Part shown: positions 48,769 to 61,569 of the stretch, piece by piece
Layout of the letters: every line of letters begins with the position of its first letter
Numbering within the stretch: the stretch's first letter is position 1
NCBI RefSeq assembly: GCF_036971445.1
Contig: NC_091469.1
Location: 318,742,001 to 318,806,000 of the forward strand
DNA length: 64,000 bases
Direction: 5' to 3'
From: Narcine bancroftii
Lineage: Eukaryota
Program-made: the position numbers and the translations under genes
Notes under the pieces: generated by a model
Databases searched by the model: none
What the model saw: only the letters and a program-made list of their open reading frames with translations
Told to the model about the DNA's origin: nothing

Positions 48769-48999
48769 CTCCCATGTTTTGCACCGAGGACCAGAGAACA
48801 CTGTTTTGCTGGGTTGTACTTGTACGATCAGATGACAATAAACTTGACTTGACTATAAATATCCAAAGATCCCTCTAAAGCTGCAAGGTCAGTTAATTAT
48901 TACCTTGACTCAGAGGACGCAGCTGTATACAGTGGTCATTCTCCACACCTCACCAGATGCTATGACACCAGAAGTCATGATCATCCAATTGGCCAGCAA

Positions 49000-49715
49000 G
49001 TTCCAGGCACCTACCCCTCTTTGCCTAAAGGAAACTGTTGAGCAAATCTCCTTTAAATTTTCCTCTTTTCACCTTAAATCCATCCTTCTAGGAAAAAGAC
49101 TGGCTACCTATTTGATCTCTGCCTTTCAGAATTGTATATACTTCCAAATTTCTTGACTTCAGATGCTCCAGAGAAAAACAATTCAAGTTTGTCTAACCTC
49201 TCCTGTGAACTAATACACTCCAGTTGAGGAAATATCCTGGTGAACCTCTTCTGCACTTCCTCACTGACATCTCCACATCCTTCCTGTAGTGTGGCATATT
49301 ATCATCCAACTGTCTCCTGGCCAAACCTCTGTACAGCTGCAACATAACTTGCTGACTTTTAAACTTAATGTCCTGAACTCTGATGGCAAGCATGTTGTCC
49401 CTCTCATTTACCACCCTCTTTGCATGTGTTGCCACTATCAGGGACCTTGAAAGAATGACAAGTGGACATTAAACAGTCACACTTTCACATTTTAGCAAAC
49501 AGTAAGCCCAAGCCTTGCACATTAAGACCCCCTCAGGACATCAGTGCACCTAAGGGTCCTGCCATTTACTGTTGACTTTTCTCCTGTAATTGACCTTCAA
49601 GAATACGACATCTCACACTTGTCTGAATTAAACTCCATCTGCCATTTCTCCCCCAAACTTCCAATGGATCCATATCCTGCTGTATCCATGGATGACCTTC
49701 TCCACTATCCACAAC
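49000..49715 (-). mobile_element. CR1 RT C-terminal fragment, decayed
   Basis: FKSQQVMLQLYRGLARRQLD...PHYRKDVE. Confidence 0.75.
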
Positions 49716-49771
49716 CCAAATTTTTGGGTAATTTTAATTTAATTTTAACCGATCAACAAAGAAGTCGATAG

Positions 49772-49955
49772 AAAAAAAGTTTGAAACCCACTGTTTTAAT
49801 CGTCCCTCATGGACTTGTTATGTGCACTGTTTCAGAACTCCAAAGGAAATGGGCTAATGACAAATTTTCTCCCAGCAAATTATTTCAGGAACTATTGGGT
49901 CTAGAGCAGTAATTCTCAACCCTCCCTTACCACCCACATCTCACTTTAAGTGTTA
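49772..49955 (-). mobile_element. Partial copy of the composite hAT MITE at 11093-11466
   Basis: Spacer and adjacent unit ends are the reverse complement of ~11180-11355. Confidence 0.8.
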
Positions 49956-50127
49956 CTTCATTTTAAAGGGGCCCCGAATTGTGGTGAGGGAGGAGTATGG
50001 GTCCAAGTGTGGCACCTCCTCCCCCCCCCCCCCCACCCTGCACTTGCTGCTGTGCCCTCCCTCCCCTCTCCACCCATTACCTCCTGCCTTTGGGACCATG
50101 CTTCTGGTTATGTATCTTTATCTTTGC

Positions 50128-50318
50128 CCACCTCACTGACAAAAGGCAAAGGAGGAAAAACCCAACACCCAACCCCAACCCACCCATTTTCCCCTGCAGC
50201 CGCTGCAACCGTGTCTGCCTGTCCCACATCGGACTTGTCAGCCACAAACGAGCCTGCAGCTGACGTGGACTTTTACCCCCTCCATAAATCTTCGTCCGCG
50301 AAGCCAAGCCAAAGAATA
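50128..50318 (+). mobile_element. RTE LINE 3' end (5'-truncated)
   Basis: Nearly identical to 61100-61290; FPCSRCNRVCLSHIGLVSHKRAC zinc finger. Confidence 0.9.
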
Positions 50319-50654
50319 AAGGACACCATTTGACCTGCTGAGTTTTGCCAGCATTATGTTTTCACCGTTATTTCTGGGTTTTTTTCCCCTGAAGCATTGT
50401 ACTAATTATTTAATGGCCATTGTTCACTTCATTGCCCTGCAGTATTCATTCAAGGAAGGATCTTGCATTCAGCAATCAGGTCTGGTTCAGTATTAGTTGA
50501 CAGCTAAACGTTAATCTCTGAAAGATTGAGTTTTGCATACTCAGAAACTCTTGAGATTCACCTATGGATTTTGTGTGAACTGACTATGTAGCCACCAGAA
50601 TAGCTGGTTCAACTCTGTATCCCAGTCCGATTAACGTGGACAAGCAACATCTCA

Positions 50655-52000
50655 GTTATGCTTGCATGTCTGTGGGCTTTGTGGAGCAATCCATGCTGCA
50701 AGCCTTCACAGGCAAGACCCCCTCAACTCTTCCTCCTGTATATCGACAACTACATCAGGGCTGCCTCATGCACCTGCGATAAGCTCTTCAATTTCATCCA
50801 CTTCGCAGTCAACTTCCACCCCGATCTCAAACTCACCTGGTCCATCTCCAATAACACTCTCCCCTTTCTGAATCTTTCTTGTCTCCATCCTGGGAGACAA
50901 GCTTTCCACTGATATATATGACAAACCCTCAAACTTCACCAACTACCTGGACTACACATCCTCTCATCCTGTCCCCTGCAAGGATTTCATCCCCTTCTCT
51001 CAATGTCTCCGTCTTCCAGATCTTCCAAATGTCTTCCTTCTTCCACCTCCATCAACTCAGCCCTCACCGCATCTCCTCCATTTCCCACTCATCTGCCCTG
51101 GCCCCCTCTGCCCCCAGACTCAACAAACATAGAATCCGCCTCATCCTCACCTTCCACCCCTCCAGCCTCCATATCCAACATCATCCGCCAGAATTTCCAG
51201 CTCTTACTACAGGATCCCACCACTAGACACATTTTTCCCTCTTCTCCTCTCTTGGCCTTTGGCAGGGACCACTCCCACCGCGATTCCCTTGTGCACGCAT
51301 TTCTTCCTCCCCCCATCACACCCCACCACCTTCCCCTGTGCCCACTGGAGGTGCAACACTTTCCCCCACACCTCCTCCCTCACCACAGTCCAGGGCTGCA
51401 AACAGACCTTCCACGTGAAGCAACACTTCACTTGAACATCCAGAGGACTTATTTACTGCATCCAGTGCACCCTTTATGCCCTTCTCTACATTGGAGAGAC
51501 AGGTCGTAGTCTGGGAGATCTCTTCGCTCAGAACCTGCAATAGCAGTGACCTCCCAGTGGCCAATCATTTCAATTCTGAGTCACACTCACATGTCTGTCC
51601 CTGGCCTTATGTACTATCCCACCCAGACCACCCGCAGATTGGAGGAACACCTTATTTTCATCCTCCAGCCAGATGACTTTAACATTGACTTCTCTGCTTT
51701 CTGCTAAACCTGCTCACCTTTTCTTTCCCCTCCCCATTCCAGTTCTCCCCTCCCTTTCCCCTCACCCACTCAGCCATCCTTCCTCCCCTTGACTATGCTG
51801 TCCCTTCCTTCCCTTCTCCACCTATCATCTCCTACCTTTACCACACCCCCCCACCTCCCATCTTTTGTTCAGGCACTGGCTGACATTGTCTGATACACTG
51901 ATGAAGGGCTCAAGCCCGAAACGTCGGTTCTGTATCTTTACCTTGGCTACATAAAAGACACTGTTTGACCTGCTGAGTTTATCCAACATTTTGTGTTTCA
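50655..52000 (+). mobile_element. Penelope-like retroelement, decayed
   Basis: Paralogous to 12300-13730; LYIDNYI, NFHPDLKLTW, YIGET, DLPVANHFN. Confidence 0.9.
51892..51936 (+). ncRNA. Minimal type-I hammerhead ribozyme motif in the Penelope pLTR
   Basis: CTGATGA (51898-51904), stem II GGGC-TCAA-GCCC, GAAAC then GTC cleavage triplet (51923-51925), stem I GATACA/TGTATC. Confidence 0.75.
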
Positions 52001-52479
52001 ACATCCAAAACAATTATTTTCTTAGATCAATTTAAAATTTAATCAAGCATCATCAAACAGTATAAATAGCAAGTGTTGGAATGAAACTATTGAAAGAGTT
52101 GGTGATAAAATTCCTTACACATGCATGCAATTGAACTTCATAGTTGCCAGCAAGTTTTTATTTATTAAAATAACACCAAATTTGAAATGGATGGGAGTGT
52201 TAAAACCAGGAGTGGACAGAACATTTAAGCAGAAGCAATGCTATATTTGCTAATGAATAAATTATCAAAATTTACCTGTCTATCTCTTTATTTCTCCTTG
52301 AATTTGAACTTTCAAAGCACTGGCTGGGAATCTGGAAAATCTGGACCAGCACTATCCCCCAGCAGCCTGGATATTAGGACTTTTACAATTGTCAAGATAA
52401 CTCTTCAGACATAATGGAAAGTGATTTGTTTTGGTAATGTTAAGGAATAATAAATGTTGACCCAGGAAATCTCCATTAC

Positions 52480-52509
52480 TCTTCGTTGATGCTGTGAAAT
52501 CTTTGATAT
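52480..52509 (-). CDS. Candidate 30-nt exon (DIKDFTASTK)
   Basis: ctttaacag acceptor, AGA|gtaatg donor, phase 1->1. Confidence 0.15.
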
Positions 52510-54003
52510 CTGTTAAAGTGGCATAGGTTTAATGACAGCCACTCTAAAGTTCCATCAGTCCTGCAGTGAGTTGTTGATCTGGATTTTGTACGAATCCCTG
52601 GTGTGAACTGAAATATTTTGTGGGCAAAAGCTACCTTTTGATGTTGTGAAACTAGAGAGTGAGAAATGTTTGCTGAATGCATCTGTAGCTTGTCACGTAA
52701 AATGTGGAGGGAATGGAAGAATTAATGAGGGGAAAGAGGATTAAATCAAGACTCAAAAACTGGCCCAATATTCTCAGCTGTGGCTGCTTCTATTAATTCC
52801 TTGAAGAAGTGCAACCTTGCATGGTTTTTAATGCTTTAAACAAAATAGGATGAGCTGCCTGAACCAGCAATGCACTCAATTTCTGTCATAGGCTCGATTT
52901 TTACTCCTGCATGCATTGCATGCTGGAATGTGTAGTTCTTCATTATACATGGATAATAACACATCTTTCCCCTTTATATAAAAAAACCCACAAAACACAA
53001 TACTATGTCTACATAACAAGGATATCTACATCCTGTGGCCAGTCTCTTTCCACTCAGCAGCTTTCAATCAGTCTCTGAGGTGGTTTAACAGTCCTTTTTG
53101 TTCTGCAATGTGTGGTGTATCGCTTGCATTTCTTGTGTTAGTATTTGGGTCTTTCTGTGAACTCTGAACAACATGTTCCTTTTCCACCTTTGCTTGCCCC
53201 TTTTGTGTACCGGACAGGTGATGGGTCACAACCATAGGATGGAGCTTGTGGTCGTAGATCCACACGGTTCCTTCTCAGAGGTATCCCTCCCTCTGCCTGG
53301 ATCTGTGTCCTCTTCCTCATCTCCTTGCATGGACCATGTGCCGGAGTTGTGATCTTGGATTTGAATTTGAACTCCAGGCTTCAGGACTGGTCGGCTTTTC
53401 GTAGTCTTATGATGATACTGTCTCTGTTTTACTTTCTCTTCCACTTTAGCCTATTTGGCCTTGTCTTGCTCCTTCAGGTGTCAACAGATTTTCAGACATT
53501 GGAAGGATGGTATGTATGCATCGACCCATCTGCATCTGGGCAGAAGAAAGGCCATTCTGTAGTGGTGCACTTCTATGGAACTCCTCTCGTCCATCATGTG
53601 CTTTTTTCATGAGGCTCTTCACCACCTTGACAGAACTCTCTGCTCAGCCATTGGGTGATGTGGGCTTGAAGTTGTATCAAAACCCCCAAGTATTGGCAAA
53701 GGACTCAAATTCTCTGCTCAAAAATTGTCTGAAATTCAAGGAACTCTGTGCCTCGCAAACACATTTTTCATGAAAGTGATAACTGCTTTGTTGGATGTTG
53801 TCTGCAATGCTGCTACCTCTGGGAAATTGGGAAAATGGTCTATTACTTCCTATATGACTCTTCCTATCACAGTCAAACAAATCTACTCCAACTGAAGTAC
53901 GGCCTGTCTGGCCCTGGGAAAATGTAACTTTCTTAATATCTGTGCCGTAGTAATATAACTAAGTTCACAAGTTTGCCAATAGGCCTTGAATTCAGGATAT
54001 TAA

Positions 54004-54934
54004 TGTTACAAGCCTAAAGGACTCAAAATCCAGCAGCAATAGAAATTCACCAAGACAACGGCTACTTAAACAAAACTGGTTTTATTTTCTTAATGCATAA
54101 TAATAAGATCAATACTTAACTTGTTTCTCTTAACTTAATCCTCCTCTAATTCTAAGCGCACATGTATGTAATATTTATGTATTCAGGAAAGTTCTTTTTT
54201 CACTGTCCAATTATTCACCTTTCACTTCTCCAAGTTCACTAGTGTCAGGCAATCTTCCATACTGTGCACAGAATTAAGCAGATATTAGGCTCTGGTGCAT
54301 TAGCTTAAGTTGTTACCGCTCAGGAATGTCTTTGTTGGTTTCAGGGAGATATTTGTGCTCATTGGACACACAAACTGATCTCCTTCAATCAGCAACTGAA
54401 GTGTCTTAGGAAGAAACATGCCCCCTCTTGGGTTTCTCCAAAAGATAACCTCTTCTTCCAGGTTACCACAAGGAGTTCTTTTTCCCCTATTCCAGGAGAA
54501 ACACAATAACCAGCCACAACCTTTGCAATTGACTAGAGATTTAGAATAGGCTGAACTCAGAACTCAAAACCCGTCTTGAAATGGGGTCATGCAGCAGGTC
54601 TGCCAACTTGCAGCCTTCACCACAAACTGCTGCAGAATACACTCTCAAACAATGGATGCTTTCTCTCTGCTTGAAAAACCACAAGGCCCTTCTGAGGATA
54701 ACAAGCTTCAACCAGAATAGCAGCAAAATATTTCTCAGTTCTTGAGCTGGACACTGTTCAAACATGCTGGTCCATTAACACCAACTTGTGAAATTCCCAC
54801 AAGCACTTCCCATTGTCTCTGCAAAGACAACTGCAGACACAAAGTCTACCTTTGCATGGCAAATGAGATGTTTGTTTGTGAAATGTGATAACTAAACCTC
54901 ACAATATTACCCTTTTAAGATATATTTTATCATA
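54004..54934 (-). mobile_element. Solo LTR, family A relative, nested in the second Gypsy
   Basis: Reverse complement similar to 4016-4692 and 17320-18259. Confidence 0.8.
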
Positions 54935-56318
54935 ATTTTATTAATTTATTCCATAACATTAACTTTCCCAGAACATTTGCAGACATTACAAGCCAACATG
55001 AAATAAATGCAAGATGCAGGTATGTGAGACTCATGTGAAAATTGTATGGGTCTCATGAAGTCCCCTGCCCAAAAGGTATGTAAATGTATGGCGAACACTC
55101 TGATACTTTGAGTGTGTGGGACTCATTGATTTAATCCCCTCACTCCTGTTAGCATGACGAAGGGTTAATAAAGAAGCTGTTGTATGTTTACTTGGTTCTG
55201 TCATGTCTTCTGCTGTTGATTGCTTTCAGTGCAGGCTGACTTTAACAGAATCACAAACCTGTTCCCTTTGAGAACCACATCTTCCACAACTGACAGTTCA
55301 TCTCTGCATGCCCAATGATCCAGAATACCCAATGGACAGTCATTCTTAGCTGCCAGCCATCCTTTCTGTATTGTATCTTTGAGGTCTTTTATTGTTTCCT
55401 CTTTCTCTGTTGCTTTCCTGATCTGCTCTGTTCTATTCCAGGATACTGGAAATGAGGTGATAATCATGTCAACAGAGGCCTGTATCTCTGCATTAACCTC
55501 TTGATTGCTCTTTTCTTTCTTGTCAACTGCTCGAGACAGTGTATCAGCTGCAAACGCACATTTTCCTGGTACGTGGATCACTTTTCACATCATATTTCTG
55601 GAGCTTTATCAATCTGCGCTGTACTTTCATGGGACTGTCATTCAGTGGTTTGGACACCAGTGATTTATGGTCCATCTCTACTTTAAGAGCTCATCCATAA
55701 ATGTTTTGATGGAACCTTTCACATATATTAGGGCTGGCCAGAAGCTCTTTCCCTCTCTGGGCATAGTTGGCTTCTGCACTTGTTAAAGCCCTTGATGTAT
55801 AGGTCCCCACGTGTTCTCATGATGCTGCAGTGGAACTGCTCCAAGGCCACATCAGGATGCAGCAGCCAAGATCCTGGTGCGCCTAATCCCAATCATAAAA
55901 TTTCAGTACAGGCTCTTCTATTAGGACTTTTTTTTGAGTGCCTGGAAGATCTCTTCTTGCTTGTGCGACCAGATCTACTCATTTTTCTGACCTAACTGAT
56001 GCTGACATAGTCAACAGACGAGGGATAACCTTAGCCAGGTAAGTTACCATCCCCATGAAACATTTCTTTGTTTTGGGGCCTCACAAAATTCTTAATGGCT
56101 GATGTCTTTCTTGGATCAGGTTTCACTCCCTGTTCAGATATGACATTGCCTATGAAGGTCGGCGTCTTTACGCCAAACTCACAATTCTCTTTATATAATT
56201 TCAAATTGACATTCCGTGTCATGTCAAGCACTTGCCTTAGATTAGATTCAACTTTATTGTCATTGTGCCAAGTACAGACACAAAGCCAATGAATTACAAT
56301 TGGCATCTAACCAGAGAA

Positions 56319-56462
56319 CTGTTACGGAGTCCAGAGGACCCCAAAACCACAACACAGGGTTACTTATATAAAAGTAGTTTTTAATTATATTTGAACAAGC
56401 AAACAGAATAAAACTTTAACTTGTTACTTAACCTACAGACTTAACCTACCTAGCCTACTTAA
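56319..56462 (-). mobile_element. LTR family A, 3'-end fragment
   Basis: TGTTACGGAGTCCAGAGGACCCCAAAACC is the reverse complement of the family 3' terminus. Confidence 0.75.
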
Positions 56463-57969
56463 TTCTTTGGTCTGTGAAGCCACTATGAAAACTCTTTTCA
56501 CTCGATCAAGCTGTTCACATGCACTTAGACCTAATATTGACTGCACGCTCCTTTTTACAATCAGTAGCTGTGATTTTGAGTGCCACCCTTTGTGTTTTAA
56601 GATCACCCTACAGCCCCCTTTTACTGGAATGTTCTCTCCAGTGTAGCCTGTCACTTTTAATTTCATTGAATAAATCTCACTCTTTATGGTTTGGTCTTTT
56701 AATTGTCCATAGATAACAGATTTACCTGGGCTCCAGTGTCAAGCTTAAATGGAATTACTGTCTCATTCACAGTCACTGGAATGACCCATTCCATTTTACC
56801 ACCAGCAGTCTATAATGAATCCATAAAGAATTCCTCCATTTCTTTGTCCACTATGTGCACCTTTCTCATGGTAGCCTCTGCTTTGCAGCACTTTGCAAAA
56901 TTATTCTTCTTCCACATTTATTGCAGGAGTTTCCATAGGCAGGACACATATTTGGAATATGTCCACCTCCGTACCTGCTGTGTTTGCTGTTTGAGCCTAG
57001 CTCTTTGCTTTGCTGTAGCTTTGGGAAACTTCTGGTTCTCTGCTTCTCTGTTTTCACCACATGTACTGTTGTGTCTCTCCTGTGCAGCTCCTTAGCTTGT
57101 GCTTGTGTGGTCTCTGCTGCCCGACACATATTCACAGCTTTTCCCAATGTCAAAACTTTTTTCACGCAACTGTCTTTCTCTAAACCCATTATCTGGGATT
57201 CCACAAAGTATTCTGTCTCTACTGAGTGAGTTTTTCAAATCTCCTAATTCACAGGACTTAGTCAATGTGTGAAGGTTGGCTAAGTATTGGTTGAAGCTCA
57301 TATCTTGTTTCTGGACACAGGAAAAAAAATTGAATCTCTTGAATGCGTCATTTTTACTTGGAACAAAATCCTCCTCAAATTTAGTCATCAGATTGTCCAA
57401 CATGAAAGCTGTCTCATCAAGTTGAAAACTAGATGTCTAAGGCACCTACACCCATTCTGTGTAGAAATATAGATATTTTCCATTCTTCATCAGTCTCTCC
57501 TGCTCCACCTGCCTCTAAATAAATGTTGAATCGCTGTTTGAAGCATTTCCAATGATCGGTTAGATTGCTGGCAAACTGCACCAGTGCGCGAGGACTTAAC
57601 TTATCTGTGATGGGAACTATTGTCCTTTCTTACTTACTCACAGACTTCTGACACCATATTATATTTATTCCTTGAAGAACAATGTTGAATGGTTTTAAAC
57701 GCTTAAACACCTTTACTGCTTGAACCAACAATGCACTAGAGTTCTGTCGTCGTCTACGTTTTTATTCTTGTGCGAACCACGTGCCTACTGGGAAATGTAG
57801 TTCTTTATTATACATGCTGGCCAAATTCAAGTTAGATATAGGTTAAGCATCGTTATGCCTACATTTATTACACTTCATTAAAGATTCAGCCACCATCAAA
57901 AGAACACTTCTTTGTCTTGCAGCTTTTTATAGCATGCTTTACATTTATACTATTTAACATATTATCTTC

Positions 57970-58223
57970 CTTTAAATTTGGACATACAGCATGGTAACAG
58001 GCCATTCTGGCTCACGTGTCCATGCCACCCAATTTATACCCCATTAACCTACACACCCATCCCCCTGATACGTTTTGAACGTTGGGAGGAAACCAGAGCC
58101 CTCGGGGAAAACAGACTCAGAGAAAAATACACAAACTTCTTACAGACTGTGCGGGATTCAAACCCTGGTCCCGATCACTGGCGCTGTAATGGCGTTGCGC
58201 TGACCACTACGCCAACCGTGCCA
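57970..58223 (-). mobile_element. tRNA-derived SINE
   Basis: Full-length reverse-complement copy. Confidence 0.85.
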
Positions 58224-58380
58224 CATGTTTGTTCTCCTACCATCGCATATCACCTCATACTTGCCCATTTTGAATTTGAATTTCCACGTGTCTTTTAAAA
58301 TATTCACCATTCTCTTTCCTTTTGAATTTCATCGTTCACCATTCCAAATTCAATTTAATCGACAAATGTCAAAATTGCAC

Positions 58381-58537
58381 CTTGCAGCCACTTCAAACTA
58401 TTAACATAATCAAAAGTGAGCCTAGTGCTAGCCTGGGGAAGATCATTATGCAACTCCCTCAAATCTGATAAACAGCTACTCCTGTTTCTCCCGCTGTCAG
58501 TGGTTATGGAAGCAGATGTGAAAGTTTGAGAAACGAT
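58381..58537 (-). CDS. Candidate 157-nt exon (IVSQTFTSASITTDSGRNRSSCLSDLRELHNDLPQASTRLTFDYVNSLKWLQ)
   Basis: Pyrimidine-rich acceptor ...cactcag, AAG|gtgcaa donor, only one open frame, unique sequence. Confidence 0.3.
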
Positions 58538-58687
58538 CTGAGTGATTTGTGAGGAAAAGATAATATTGTACATTTACAAGTTAACAGTTTAGCACAGGCA
58601 GCACCATTAAATCTTGGACACAAAGTTTCTAATATAATAAGTTGGCAGAAAAGGTACAAATTTATTGCCAGTATAAAGATGTAACTT

Positions 58688-59520
58688 GTAGTGTGTGTGC
58701 TACCACGAAGTGTGGAGAGAAGACACATACACAGACACACAAGGAGCTGAAGTCGAAGGCTGATTTAATGCACTGACAGCTCTGCTTACGTTCTCTCCCT
58801 GCTGCTGGCGACAGGAGTGATGTCACAGTAGCAGCGATCTCTGATTGGGCGGCGTTCCCGCCATTGCTCGTTGATTCCCATAGTGTTGTGACAAAGGTTG
58901 TTGGACCCCATGGTCAGTCATGGTGAGGAGATATCTTGCCCCAAGGGAGACCGGCAGTGGCCCTGCAATATCAATGTGAACCAATGTCGCGCTGGTTCAA
59001 AAGTCTAGGGGGGGGAGCTCCTTGACATGCGTCTGCACTTTGGAGGTCTGGCAGAGCGTGCAGGTCTTGGCCCACTGACTGACCTGTTTCTGAAGGCCCT
59101 GCCAGATGAAGCTACTGCCCACCATTTTAACAGAAGTCCTGATGATTGGATGTGCCAGGATGTGCACCGCGTTGAAAACCTGCTGTCTCCATGCTGCTGA
59201 GATGATCTGAGGGGTTTGCCGGTGGAGATATCTCTGAGGAGTGTCTGGTTACCAGGGCCGATGGCAACGTCCTCCAGCCTGAGGGTGGAAACTGCTGTTC
59301 TGTATGCCGGGATCTCAGAGTCCCCATGCTGTGCACTGACTAAGGTGGAATAGTCTATTCCCCGGGACAGGGCCTGGATAGACTCAATCGCGGGGCTAGA
59401 CAGTGCGTCGATCACCACATTGTTCTCACCCACACTGTGTTCGATTTCCTTGGTGAACTCAACATGTATGAGAGCTGTCATGGTTGCCAGGCCAACCAGG
59501 GGTCAGAGATAAAGGTCATT
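58688..59520 (-). mobile_element. Gypsy fragment (RNase H end plus integrase start) with adjacent LTR-like DNA
   Basis: GENNVVIDALS...EIPAYRTA...LLRDISTGKP; H...H zinc-binding remnants. Confidence 0.75.
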
Positions 59521-60186
59521 GGACCCCACAGGGTCTGCGCGGTTGCCGGCAATTTTGTGTACCGGGCTGCTACAAACATTTAAATAAGTTGTAAGAAAAA
59601 TACAGTCGCTTGAAATGTTCAACACAGTCACTGTTTCTTGACACATTGTAACGTGATCGATAGTACGCGGAGACTTGTGAGGAACACAAGCACAGTTTTA
59701 TTAAGTTACAAATAATGGCCAGTACTTATAGAGGTCTTCAGGTGAATATGGGATAAGGAGGGAAAACAGGGTTTACATCAGGACCGACGGGAGGGTGGAG
59801 CCAAGAGAAGGGGTCAGCCAACTACTCTACACAGAATTCCAGTTCACTGCATACATTTACAGCATTCTACCCAGCCAAACGTCTGTCTTCAATGTTCTAA
59901 TGAAAATAACTACACCTTAATGGTCAATCCCTTGCTTTCTTTTTGCAAATGGCCCAATGCATATTGAATCTGGTGACACATACTTGGTGTAACACTTAAT
60001 AGATTGATTGCAACTTCAAGTGAACTCAAATATTCAAATACCTTCTCATTTCTGGGGATGAGTTTCAACGCATTCTACCACAGACTGTTGATCCTGATGG
60101 ATGGCATCTTTGTCATCGTCCACTGGGTTGCTGGTACTGAGGAGGCAACTTGACCTGTTATTTCAAATTGAAGCATTTATTGGTTG

Positions 60187-61293
60187 GATACAATGAAGAC
60201 GCTGTTTACATTTGGTACCACACGGATGGCAGTCTCTTCAATCTGAGGCGCCTGCAAGCTCACACCAAGACACAAGAGCAACTTGTCCGTGAATTACTCT
60301 TTGCAGACAATGCCGCTTTAGTTGCCCATTCAGAGCCAGCTCTTCAGTGCTTGATGTCCTGTTTTGCGGAAACTGCCAAAATGTTTGGCCTGGAAGTCAG
60401 CCTGAAGAAAACTGAGGTCCTCCATCAGCCAGCTCATCACCATGACTACCAGCCCCCCCACATCTCCATCGGGCACACAAAACTCAAAACGGTCAACCAG
60501 TTTACCTATCTCGGCTGCACCATTTCATCAGATGCAAGGATCGACAACGAGATAGACAACAGACTCACCAAGGCAAATAGCACCTTTGGAAAACTACAAA
60601 AAAGAGTCTGGAAAAACTACCAACTGAAAAACCTCACAAAGATAAGCGTATACAGAGCCGTTGTCATACCCACACTCCTGTTTGGCTCCGAATCATGGGT
60701 CCTCTACCGGCATCACCTACGGCTCCTAAAACGCTTCCACCAGCGTTGACTCCGCTCTATCCTCAACATTCATTGGAGCGACTTCATCCCTAACATCGAA
60801 GTACTCGAGATGGCAGAGGCCGACAGCATCGAATCCACGCTGTTGAAGATCCAACTGCGCTGAGTAGGTCACGTCTCCAGAATGGAGGACCATCGCCTTC
60901 CCAAGATCGTGTTATATGGCGAGCTCTCCACTGGCCATCGTGCCAGAGGTGCACCAAAGAAGAGGTACAAGGACTGCCTAAAGAAACTCTTGGTGCCTGC
61001 CACATTGACCACCGCCAGTGGGCTGATATCGCCTCAAACTGTGCATCTTGGCACCTCACAGTTCGGCGGGCAGCAACCTCCTTTGAAGAAGACCGCAGAG
61101 CCCACCTCACTGACAAATGCAAAGGAGGAAAAACCCAACACCCAACCCCAACCAACAAATTTTCCCCTGCAACCGCTGCGACCGTGTCTGCCTGTCCCGC
61201 ATCGGACTTATCAGCCACAAACGAGCCTGCAGCTGACGTGGACATTTACCCCTCCATAAATCTTCATCCGCGAAGCCAAGCCAAAGAAAGAAG
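60187..61293 (+). mobile_element. RTE-clade LINE, 5'-truncated, little decayed
   Basis: YHTDGSLFNLRRL, ELLFADNAAL, FTYLGCTIS, VIPTLLFGSESW, RLPKIVLYGEL, C-terminal zinc finger, AAGCCAAGCCAAAGAAAGAAGA tail; few stops. Confidence 0.95.
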
Positions 61294-61569
61294 ACAAACC
61301 CTTAGAAATGCCCGGTGACTTTCTCTGATACACGTCTGAATATAGGGAAAAAAAATATGCATATAACTACAAGCTAAACCTTTTGACCCATAATCTGGTT
61401 ACCTCATTAGAAAATATAGAATCTATCTTGTAACAGCTGAATGCCCAGGCCTGTGGATTAAAAAATTAATATCATTATTGACAGTTGGGAGAAAAGCTGG
61501 TTGAATATGTACAATCAGATGAGAATAAACTTGAAAAATAAAATAGATTTGTGAAGCTTGGGTGTGCAT

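Larger units (their letters stand above)
52788..57815 (-). mobile_element. Second Ty3/Gypsy element (gag-PR-RT-RH-IN) with short diverged LTRs, decayed
   Basis: LTR-like direct repeats at ~52788-52960 and ~57657-57815; PBS TGGTGTCAGAAGT (57644-57656, tRNA-Leu-like); PPT AAAGGGGAAAGA next to the 3' LTR; gag WKCFKQRFNIYLEA, protease FKLDTGAQVNL, RT LKLYKENCEFG, RH HVPGK...ADTLSR, IN FESFANTWGF. Confidence 0.88.

Noticed and set aside
59647-59851. Short solo LTR
   Set aside because: TG...CA ends and minus-strand TATA/polyA-like motifs are present, but I could not establish a matching TSD, so it is not listed as a feature.
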